Source: Azolla caroliniana (Eukaryota; Plantae; Polypodiophyta). Taken from it: a DNA stretch of 64,000 nucleotides. How positions within the stretch are numbered: the stretch's first letter is position 1; the number at the start of each line of letters is the position of its first letter. A program made the position numbers and the translations under genes. Shown piece after piece: positions 11,601 through 23,300 of the stretch. The stretch spans positions 14,570,001 to 14,634,000 of the forward strand of contig JBHGNT010000020.1 in assembly GCA_043228905.1 (NCBI GenBank), given 5' to 3'. Below the pieces are notes generated by a model, which was given only the letters and a program-made list of their open reading frames with translations, was not told the origin of the DNA and did not search any database.

Positions 11601-14600
11601 GTGCAAGACCCCGCTCGGCACGACAAGCCCGAGAGCTCCCCGATCGGCGGCTTGGCAGTAGACGACTGTTGTAACCTAAGCTACTTAGGTCGGGCCCGAT
11701 ACCAGTATTGTATCTTAGTCTTGTAATATATGCATGGAGGGTTCTGCGTATCGGTGTTTGTGTGGGTGTTTTGGTGTTCTCTTACCTCCGTTTCTGTACA
11801 TAAGGTCGTGAGTTGGGTCAGCGTGGTGTGTGTGTGTGGGTGTGAGTCGATGTCAAGCGCGCACTCTCTCTTTCTCTCTCCCGTTCGGTTGCTTCCGGAA
11901 TGCGTCCGGAATCGTTTTCTCGGCTTCCCTTCTTCCCTGGTCCGAGATCCCCGTGGTCCCGCCCTTCTACACGCACGCGCGTAATAACGCGACAACGTGC
12001 AAGGGTGCCGTGAAGGGAGGATGTTCTTCCTCGACACCAAGCAAGCCGGAACCGCGTTGTTCGCTAAAGGGCAAAAGGTCGAGTCGGACATCGACCTGTG
12101 GCATAAGTGGTTCAGCCATGTTAACTTCCCATGGCTTTGTGAAATGCAGACGAAGAACATTGTTTTCGGTTTGCCAAAATTTCGGGGCCGTAATGGCCAA
12201 GTCTGCGAAGCCTGCCAACTCGGCAAGTAGCACCGACTTCCATTACCCAATGAGTGTAATCGTAGTCGAAATTCGCTAGATTTACTCTATTCGGATGAGT
12301 GTGGACTGACACAGGATGTCAGTCTCGGTGGAAGTCGTTACTTCGTAACCTTCATCGATGACTTCACTCGGCATACCTGGGCATGCTTGATTGCGAAAAA
12401 GAGCGAAGTCTTCACGTGGTTCTTGAAGGTGAAGAGCCTTGCAGAACGGGAAACTAGACAAAAGATCAAGTGCCAACGGTTCGATGGCGGGAAGGAGTAT
12501 TTCGCCGACCAGTTCACGAGTTATCTACAGAAGGAGGGAATTCGACGTGAATTCTTGTGTAGATATACGTCGGAGCAGAACGGCGTAGCCGAATGGAAGA
12601 ATTAGAGAATCGAAGAAACAGCCAGGGCAATGCTTGAAGAGAAGCATATGTCAAAGTTTTACTGGGCTGAAGACATAAAGACAGCTGTTTACTTGCAGAA
12701 TCGGACCTCTCCTTATGGAGGAGTGTCGCCACACGAGTTGTATTATTGGAAGAAGCCGAACTTGGCACACTTGAGGATTTTTGGCAGCATTGAGTATGTG
12801 CATGTACCTAAGGAGAAACGGAAGAAGCTGGATGTCAAAACCAAAAAGTGCATATTAATCGGTTATTTAGATGAACAAAAGGGGTATAAGTGCTATAACC
12901 CCCAAACGAAGGAAGTTCGTGTAAGCCGAGATGTCATGTTCGACGAGCCCACTTCGTGGTACTTGCCTTCGCCTCCAATCCCTGATGAATACATTCCGAA
13001 TTCTGAAGAAGAGGTCGGCGAGGCCAAGTTGCCTCCCCGTGATGAGGAAATCGGAGCTCTAACACAGAGTTCGATCTCATTTCGGCTAAGCGGGCCAAGT
13101 GAGGGGTTGAGTCGAGATGGCCAACCAAATGAAGAGCCGACGAGCAGTGGAGACTTGGATGTGTTGTCCCCACGTAAAGTACCCAGGAGACGGTTTACGC
13201 GTAAAGAAAACGGGAAGAAGAAAATGTCTAAATACCATTTCGACGGTGCTAAGTCAGACCGGAGCAAGTCCAATTTTGGACCAATCGAAAAGGAATCTCC
13301 ACAGAAGAGGTCGAAATTGGCCGAAAAGGCCGTGAGATCGGGTAATCACGAATTACGCCGATCTACCCACCTAAAGAACCCCGTAAAGAGGTACGAGTAC
13401 AATGAATACATGGCGCACCATTACGCGTACATGACACCAGTGGTGGAAGTGCATGAGCCGGAGAGTTACACAAAAGTGGTGAAAGACGCAAATTGGCGTG
13501 CGGAGATGGAGGAAGAGATGCATGCATTAACGGACAATGCCGATCGGATGCAGATGGGTGTTTAAGGTGAAATACAACACTGACGGCTCGGTCAACCGAT
13601 ATAAGGCCCGTTTGGTTGCGAAAGGCTACGCACAAAAACCCGACATAGATTATGATGAGACCCTCACCCCAGTCACAAAGATGACTACCGTGTCAGTTCT
13701 GCTAGCCGTAACGGCGACAAAGGGGTGGCATCTACATTAGATGGATGTAAAGAATGCATTCCTACAAGGTGATCTTGAGGAACAAGTGTACATGATACAA
13801 CCCCCAAAATTTCTATTCAAATTGAACACTTCGGTTGTCTGTCAATTGAAGAAGGTGTTATACGGACTTAAGCAAGCCCCGCGAGCTTCGAATGCGAAGA
13901 TTATGCACGTTTGCGTAGAATGGGGTTTACGACATCAAAGTCGGACTTCTCGTTGTTCGTTCGGCAAGGTTGATATGGACCGGTTTGTCTTTTACTTTAT
14001 GTTGATGATTTAGTCATCGCAAGTGCCGACCTAGAAGAAATCGGTCGTGGAAAGTCGCAACTTGCAGCATCATTCGAAATGAAGGATCTTGGAGACCTTC
14101 TTTACTTCCTCAGGATTGAAGTGATCCATTCCCCCGAAGGCATATTGATCAGCCAACATCATTACGCGCTAAATATGTTCTTCAAGTTTGGTATGGCAGA
14201 TTGTAAGCCCATCTCAACCCCTCTGGATAGAAACTTAAAGCTTGCTGAGATTCGAGAAAGGTGTGCGACCCGGCACGGTTTCGGAAGATTGTCGGAAGCC
14301 TCATCTATTTGACGATCACTCGGCCAGAACTCAGCTATCCGGTTGGAATGATCAATCAATTTATGTCTCAGCCCACGATTGAACACCTTCAGTGCGTGCA
14401 AAGGATATTATGATATGTCAGCGGCACAAAAGAAATGGTGTTGTTGTATCGTGTAGACGTAACCGAGTAGTTAGTCGGCTACAAAGATGCCGATTGGGCC
14501 AAAAATGGCCACGATCGTAGATCCACATCCGGGTACGCATTCTCATTGAAAAGTGCGGTGATCGCGTGGAGCAGTAAGAAGTAGTTGATAATAGCACTGT

Positions 14601-17600
14601 CGAGCACTGAGGCGGAATGTCGAGGGGCAATTGTCGCTACGTGCGAAGTCATTTGGTTGAAACAGCTATTACGGTATCTGCATGTAGAGATGTCCGATCC
14701 AACAATGATCTACTCCGACAATCTCAACAGCATCCACCTTGCGAAGAACCTTGTATTCCATGCCCGAACCAAGCACATTGAGGTGCAGTACGGCTCGCAG
14801 CACCACTTCGTTCGCAAGCGTGTCCTTTCTGGTGAAGTCGAACTGGCGTATCTTCCAACGGGTCGGCAGGTTGCCGACATTTTCACCAAGCCCCTTGGTC
14901 TCGACAAGTTACGACATTTCTCGGGTTAGCTAGGTTTGCGTCACATCGACACGCTGAACTTGACGGGGAGACAGGAACAGGAACAAGAGCGTGAACGTTA
15001 TTCCTCATAAGGAATAGTTTTGGGAGTTAGTGTAGAAGGCTCATTTATGAGCGGGCAAGTACTGTCAGTATTCGTGTCAGCCCAATAGCCAAGGCTTGTA
15101 TAAAAGGTGCTCACTGAGCACCAACTATGTACAGAGAACATACAGAGAATTATTTTTTAATATAGTTTTGTATTTTCTGCTCAGTCTACCTCTCTCTCTC
15201 TTTTTGTGTGATTTCTGTGTTTCACGAAACTGTCGTACTTCCAAACCATGTACTCTATGCTCTTACGCATACACTTCCGCACACATATTCTTTTACAAAC
15301 ATCTAGGATACAGTTGTCTCTATGCTACACCACGCAAACCTCTCGCAAGGTTTTTGGGCAGAAGTTGTTTTCACAGTAGTCCATGTGATTAATCTATCAC
15401 TGAACACAACCATAGGTCTAAAAGTGGCACAAGAATTGTGGACAGGCAAGACACCTCATTATGCTCATCTTAGATTCTGAAAGAAATTGAACAATAAATG
15501 CAGAAAATGTATAGTCCTCGGTTATGAAATTGAGGGGTAGTATGGATATCACTTATGGTACCATGACACACATATTGTGGTCAGAAGTAGTGATGTTTTT
15601 TATGAGAAAAAAATGCATAAAGAATCTGTAAAGGAGGTAGAAGTGACAAAAGGTTGTGTTTAAAAATATTATACCTTTTGTTGATGTAACGCTAAAAAAC
15701 CTTATTTATGTAGATGCTTCTACATGTGCTTAGTCACAAAAAATTGTTATTGGGCAGTATGATGACGCTGAGCACAATGATGAGCAAAATGATGCTTTTC
15801 AGCAAGAATATGAGTGACAGAATGATGATGCTCAAAATGATGTTTCTCATGCACAACCTGATGATATTCAGGTTCAGGAATCGTTGAGGAGATCCACTCA
15901 TGTTTCCAAGGCACCTAGTAAATTTGTTGATTATGTAATGCTATCATATGTTGGTGAGCCTTCATGTTACAATGAAGCCATATCTGTTCACGATCATGCT
16001 AAATGGAAACAAGCAATGCATAATGAGTTGGATAGTATCACTAAGAATGGAACTTGGGATTTAGTGCCTTTGTCAAAAGGTAGGAAAGCACTAACATGTA
16101 AATGGGTGTATAAGTACAAATACACATTTGATAGTGTTCATCCCAAGTATAAAGCTCACATTGTGGCAAAAGGTTTTAAACAAGAGGAAGGAGTCGATTT
16201 CGATGAATTCTTCTCTCCCGTAGTCAAGATGACTGTGTTACGCATGATGTTGACATTGGTTGCAAAAAATGATCTTGATTTATTTCAAGTGGATGTAAAA
16301 ACTGATTTTTTGCATGGAGATCTCGATGAAGAGATCTATATGGAGCAACCAAAGGGTTTTGAAGTTTATGGGAAAATGCCGTCAGTATGTAAAGTTAAGA
16401 AAAGTTTATATGGTCTTAAGCAATCACCTCAAAAAGGGTATCCAAAATTTGATGCTTTTATGAGGTCCCAAAGTTATGCTAGGAGTAATGAAGACTCATG
16501 CTTATATACGAAGAAATGTATCGATGAATCATATATGATTTTGATACTCTATGTAGATGACATGCTCATCGACGGTAAAAACAAGGATGAGTTGTCCAAT
16601 GTAAAGGAAAATCTAAGTTAAACCTTCGATATGAAAGATTTGGAAAATGCTAAACACATCCTTGGAATTCGTATTACTTGGGATGAGTAATGGATGTATT
16701 TATTTGTTTCCACCTGAGTATGTATGCAAAATACTGAAGTCATTTAATATGGAGAATGCAAATCCTTTGAGCACTCCATTATTTATGCATGTTAAATTGA
16801 ATAAAGATGAATGCCCCAAATTTGATCATGAAAAGAAGTTCATGAGTAAAATTCCTTACCAATTTGTTGTTGCTAGTCTTATGTACGCTATGATAGCGAC
16901 TAGGCCAGACATTGCTTTTGTAGTGGGAACTATGAGCAGATTTTGACATATCTTAGTGGCACTATGAATAAGTGTCTATGTTTAGGTGGCGGAAATGTAT
17001 CCATTATAGGATATACAGACTCTGATTATGCTGGCTATTCTGACAATAAAAAATCCACTTCAGGGTAATTCTTCAGTTTATGGGAGCTGCCATATTTTGG
17101 AGATCTCGTCTTGAAGAATGTAGTGCTTTGCCCACTACTGAAGTAGATTATGTTGTAGCTAGCGAAGCATGCAAGGAAGTCGTATGGCTGTCCAGATTAG
17201 CTTGTCACATGGGCATACCTAAACTTGTACCCATAGTGTTTGGTGTTTGTTAGAGTGCCATTGCCTTGGCTAAAAACCTAGTATACCATGCAAAGACCAA
17301 GCACATTGGAGTGCGATATCACTTCATTCGAGAATGCATAGTTGATGGCTACATCAGTCTTGAGAAAGTTGTCTTTGAAGAAAATGGCCCAAATGCATTG
17401 ACCAAAGCTGTACTACATGATGCGCTAGAGCATTGTTATCACTTGATGGGAATTACTTAGGTATTTAGGTTACACATTGTTTTTGTATACTATGTAACAT
17501 ATTAATCAAGTAAGATGTGTAGATCTTGTAGAATCTTCCCATCGGCTTTGCCGATCCCTTGTTTGGCCTTTAGTGGGAGATTGATAGATACTAAGAAAGG

Positions 17601-18261
17601 CCAAAATGAAAAATTCTCAGTATTTATCAATAGCTATATAAATTAATAGAAAATGAGGGGTTTTAGTCCTCGCCAAACCATTTTATCCGTGTCTTCTTTT
17701 TCTGTGTTGCTATGTGTGTTGTTCACCATTTTTCTGCAGAAAAATGGCAAGTCATCGGCTTCCCGTTGCTCCTCCAACATGACATCAAATTGCTTGTGAG
17801 TAGTTGTGATGAGGGATGCATAATGTGTGATTAAAATGATATGTGGTGCATGATATGTAGGAATGTTTGATAGAAAGATTGGGCTTTCCAGACATTACAT
17901 CAACAAAAAAGAAACAATTCCACAACACACACACACACACACAACACATATACACATCCATATATGTACACAAAATTGTGCAGCATCCATATACATATTG
18001 ATCTGTATATCAATATATATACACACATGTTATGATTGATTAAAACCTACAATTTATCTCTCTACAGTTCTGGAGGTTCAAAGTCCCTAGTTGTGTGAGG
18101 TGGGATCGAGGAGATAGGAAGTAAAGATAAGGAAGCCAGAGAAGAAGGAGAAGAAGCAACAGGAAGGAGGAGAAGAAAAAGCCTCTTGCCTCTCTCTCAA
18201 AATATGTTACTATTTCTCTTTGTGTTTTTTCTTCTCTCTCTCTCTCTTGCAATTTCCCGAA

Positions 18262-19745
18262 TTTATGAGAAGGTTATATGTTGTGTGCGCATGAGAGATA
18301 AACTTTAAGATTTTCCCAAAGCACTATTGGTGTTAAGCAAGGATGCCCACTCTTACCAACACTATTTGGTCTATGCATTGATGAATTGGAAGAAATGGTT
18401 ACCAAGTTTGCAAAGGAAGAATGTGTTGAAGAAGTTGTCATTGGGAATGTTGTGATTATGCTTTTGCTATATGCAGATGATGTAGTGCCTTTTGCAAATA
18501 CTTTAGGAGATGCACAAAAGCTTATGAAGGCATTGGAATTTTTTGCATGCATACTAAATTAAGTGGCAATAGCTCTAAAACAAAGATTATGCTTGTGAAG
18601 AGCCAAAAAAGAGATAAACCATGCATTGTGTTTAACAATGAGCCACTTGAATGTGTGGAAAGCTTCAAATATCTTGGCCTTGAAGTTCTTTCAAATCATA
18701 GATGGAATGAATGTGCTACACGCCACTTAGAGGCGGGTAAGCGAGCATACTATGCATTTGAGAACACATGCAATCTTGGAGATATTAATTGTTGGGTTCT
18801 CAAGAACTATCATTTCGACACTTTGCTGACACTGGTTCTTCTATATGGGGCGGTACCATCCCTAAATCTATGTGGAAAGAGTTTGAAAATGTCCAAAAAC
18901 ATTTTCTTACAAAGTTTCCACAAGTTAAGAAACAAACGCCCTACACCCTCCTGCTCCTTGAGACGGAATCATTTCCCATTGAGATCATGGCCATAGAAAG
19001 GGTTGTTGAATACATGCTTAAGGTTCAAAAAGGTCCCTTACATCGACTTCCTAGAATTGCATGGGAAGCAAGCAAAAAGATCCAAAAGACGCATAAAAGC
19101 AAAATTTTGTGTTCCGGTTGGATGCCAGATATAGAAAACTGGTTTGGTAGATGGGATTCAAGACACTTGCTTCATGATGCATCATTAGATTCCTCTGTAA
19201 ATGAGGCCTTTTTGCAACGACAATGTATCATGACATGGGACAAATGTGGAGGCTCACGCTTCACACATTATACTACACATGTTGCACCTAACTACAAAAC
19301 CATATTCTTTGCGAAACGGGGAAATCGTACACATCGATACATGTTAGAGGCCATACCGTTATTTGCCATTCGAACCTTGGCTTCCATGCGACTTAGCTCA
19401 CATGCATTGCGATGTGAGACAAGGCGTTGGGGCACAAGTGATGAGAGTGGTAGGCAATGCACACTTTGCCCTAAACAAGTTCGCGACTCTGAGTATCACA
19501 CTTTGAGACAATGCTCTCTCTGCCTTTGATCATATTCTACCATGCTTTCCACATCTCTTCGACCAAGCCCAATCCTTGTATGAATTCCTCTCACAACCAC
19601 AATGTGCACTCTCAATTGCAACATTCATTGGTAAAGTTCTTGAACATCGAGAGTCACTACTCACTTTCACACGTATCACGTGAAATGTAATATTTTTGGT
19701 CTCATTGGTCATATTTGACCTCCGAAGACGATAATATAATCTCTC
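18262..19745 (+). mobile_element. 5'-truncated non-LTR retrotransposon (RTE-X-like), frameshifted
   Basis: RT motifs GVKQGCPL, LLYADD and FKYLG. C-terminal RLSSHALRCETRRWG...CTLC...EYHTLRQC zinc knuckle. Ends in ATAATATAAT next to a (CT)-rich tract. Confidence 0.75.
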
Positions 19746-20347
19746 TGTCTGTCTCTAATTTTTTATTTTCTAATTCACTTGATTTTGATGGCATATTAAA
19801 AAGAAGTAAATAGGGATGTTCAAATTGCACAAATAGCCCTCCACTTTTTACTTATTCTTTTTATAGTTCTGTGCTCCACTTGAGTGGGAAAACCCTCACT
19901 TGAGCGAAAAAAAGTTGAACAACGGAAAGAAGAGGGAAAATAACGTTTCGTCGTTTACTACGTGTCTTCGTTCACTATGTTTTGTAATAAGAAAGACTAA
20001 AGAGAATATAATCCACCCAACCTACAAGAGAGTCTTGGACTCCGAATAGATTAAAAGGGTGAGGATGGTGGGTAAAAATAAAAGTCAAGGACCTAAGAGC
20101 GTACAATATGTGGACCATAGAATTAATTGTCACATGCATTTGTTTCCCATTATCCATAGCAGTAGTTGAGAGACAAGTTTTCCTTCCAAGTGAAGAAACA
20201 AATGCCCAGTCATAATGTCTTTTAGGACTTGATCCCAGCAGCTGCTCCATAAGAAGACGTAATTGTGGCAAACTTAAGTAAATTTTCTTCTTTATCTTCT
20301 TCTTTTTGTTTACTTTTAAGGAGCCAACGGAGAACTAATTATCTACC

Positions 20348-23300
20348 ATGGGAATGGCTGTGCTTTCTGGATGGATTAATGTCGTTATTTCGCTCATTAA
20401 TGCCATTACAATTCATCCATGGGAATGATGGCTGAGTTAATTATGCGTTTAATCATCTATCCTTGTTCCCCATTAACACCACTGCTTGTTATGGCTCAGC
20501 AGCCATCATGAACACCACAATGATGACCTGATATATGTTGTACAAACCAGTACGCATGTAAAGAGTTGACAACATCTAAGACATACCATTAGAAAAATAT
20601 ATCACATAATGTGCATAAATCTCTTAATTAACTTGTTATTTCGATATCAACTGTGGATTATATATAGAATGTGCATACCTTTTGTTACAAACACAGGAAA
20701 TAAAATAATAATACGTATGTCTTTGTGCTCTCAATTGGGCTTTATTATATTAGATTGAAGTAATCATAATTAGAAAAGAATTCACTGACAAGTAGTTTGA
20801 AGTTTTCGGTTTTTAGTTACGATGGGAATAGCTTTTAATGTGTTACAATCAATGCTACTTGCGGGAGTTCCCCATCATCATCAAAGTGCAAAAGACTTAT
20901 GATCGGTTTCATTATCGGTGGAGTACTATTATTTATCGTCGTGATACTAGCAAGTCTTTGTTTCGTCAATGGGAGGAAGATTCGAGGATATCATCAAACT
21001 CCTTCTAGTATGTTGTTAATAATCCTTAATTGTATGAAATTCTTCAATTTCTTTTAGGTTTTATCGATGATAAGCACTCTTCATTTACATTTCACCTTGA
21101 CATTGGTTTCGGTTTCAAAGAATTGTAGAAATCTAACTTTTGGAAAGAAGATAACATCATTTTATTTTATTTCGTTTGCAGTCAATATTAATACAGAAGA
21201 AATAAATACATAATGTTACTAAAGTTGCGCAAAAATTCACTTTTCAAGAGATGCAAATGGCAACGAATAACTTCTCAAAGGTTCTTGGTCACGGTAGTTT
21301 TGGTCCAGTATACAAGGGAAATCTTTCAAATGGTTTAGAAGTCACCGTTAAAATATTATCAAGCACCTCAACACAAGGACCCCAAGAATTTCTCAATGAG
21401 GTATTTGATTTCTCTACATTTATACAAATGATTTACTTTGTCTTATAGATGGAAATGTGAGAGAATGATCCATGTAACTTTTATTCAAGTTGTACTGAGT
21501 AATGTAATTCACTAGAGTTCACTTTTAATTAGTGATGCTAATACATTGGATCGCTAAATAAACATCGTGTCAATACAGTGCATTTTATGTTCCTTTGGAA
21601 TTGTAGGTCACTCTTCTCTCTCGTGTGCACCACAAAAACCTTGTTGGATTTGATGGCTATTGTATCGAGGAATCTCTAGTGTTGGTTTATGAATTTATGT
21701 CAAATGGTTCCTTGCACGATGCCCTATCGACTAAGATAATCTATACTTAGTTCTCATTTGCTCACATTTGTCCCCAATTGACACCTACTCCTTTGTCCCT
21801 AAACAAATAACATTATTGATTTGATCAATATATTAGGAATCTTTAAGATAGTATTTTACATCATTCAAAAGAATGATCCCCATTCTTTAGAATGTGTTCA
21901 TTGGTGCATTAAATTCGAGGTTGTTCTAGAATCTCACAAAATTTACTCGATTTGTGGTATTGAAGAAACTATAATAATGTATTTATCTCATAATGTACCG
22001 TCATTATTCACTTCAGGGTGACTTTACATTTAAAAATATTTGTTTCTTGATTCATTACAAAAAGAAGAAAAGCTACACAAACTCTAACATGGCTTGAGAG
22101 ATTACAAATTTTATTTGGTGCTACACAAGGTAAGGAAATTTCTATATTCTTTCATTTTTATGCCATAATTCCATATCTTGTGTTGAAATGATGATTTTTT
22201 TACATAGGACTTGCGAATCTATACCATGGATGTAACATTATTCATAGAGATGTGAAGAGTAGCAACATTTTATTATCTAAAAATCTTGAAGGGAAGATGT
22301 CCGACTTTGGAATATCTAAACTCAAGTCCGTTGATTCAGATAACATAGCAGCAAGGCTAGTTGGTACCTTTGGGTACATAGATCCACGTAGATCCACAGC
22401 ATGACAAGACAAAAAATATTAATATTATAAATTGAAGATTTGAAAGAAAAAGTTATGCTTGAGGGTTACTTGATTAATTTTAATGTAGACTATGGTAAAA
22501 GCTTAATCAAGAAGAAAAAGGAGAATAGTCCACGTAAAATATTGCTTTAATTGTTTTTGTACCTTTTGTCCTTTTATTATTGTTCTTTAATTGTGGAAAG
22601 GAAATAGTAGAAAGACTGGTTTATTTTACGTGTACTTCTTCTAATATCATAATTGATGGTCTTGATGGAAATAATCGACACTTTCCAAACTTCACCTCTC
22701 GGCCACAACCAAGGAAACACACGAATCGTTGTTGCAGAAAATGGGAAATGCAGTGGACACACGATTTAACGTGGAAAACCCTATACGGGAAAAACCACGG
22801 GAGTACAAGACTCCGAACCAAAACTATTCACAGAGAAATATACAATGGCGAGCTGCAAGGCGACGACCTTGAGCTCGCTGTCCTCGCCACAGGCGGCGGA
22901 AATACACAGAGGCGTCGACCTCTTCCTCTCTCACGCTCTATCTCTCTCACGGCTGCTCTCTCTTCACTCCTCTTGAGTGGAAAAACAGAAAAATGAGTAG
23001 CAACATCAAAACTGTTTGCCCTAAGTCATATTTATACACATATGACTTTAGGGCTATTTACAACTATAGCCTCAAGGGCCCTTGGCAAACATATTCACAG
23101 ATATGTCCCCCCATCCGGATCTCTCTCCGGGTACATTCATTGTCCGGCTCCGAAGTCGGGGTCTTCATCATCCGGTTCCGAAACCGCAACCGGGCTTGTC
23201 GTCATTCATCTCCGACATCCGACCATCCCATCCGAAGGGACCGTAATCCCAACAAACTCCCCCTTCACTTCGGCATGGGATGTCTCTCCAATCCGATCAT

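Larger units (their letters stand above)
6699..11994 (+). mobile_element. Non-autonomous Gypsy-type LTR element C (gag only, no pol), inserted in B
   Basis: LTRs 6699-7514 and 11193-11994 (TGTCG...GACA, roughly 95% alike); PBS 7519-7536; purine-rich GGTGGGGGCGGA before the 3' LTR; 4-bp TSD ACGT. Removing the element restores the host frame EGQVNVQGCREGRMF. Confidence 0.9.
4881..15297 (+). mobile_element. Ty1/Copia element B (decayed), inserted in the integrase of A
   Basis: 5' LTR 4881-5307 (TG...CA); iMet-type PBS TGGTATCAAAGC at 5308; gag from 5411; integrase, RT and RNase H at 11999-14929. The 3' LTR remnant ~14993-15297 matches 5001-5307. TSD ACCAT/AACAT (1 mismatch). Confidence 0.9.
4520..17787 (+). 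mobile_element. Old Ty1/Copia element A (5' part absent), interrupted by element B
   Basis: Integrase KPLHLAYTDVC...QNGVAERMNRTI (4520-4880) resumes after 15297 as (Q)DTVVSMLHHANLSQGFWAE. RT with YVDDM at 15884-16621; RNase H to 17460; PPT TTAGTGGGAGA at ~17570; putative LTR TGAT...ATCA at 17582-17787 (ends uncertain). Confidence 0.8.
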
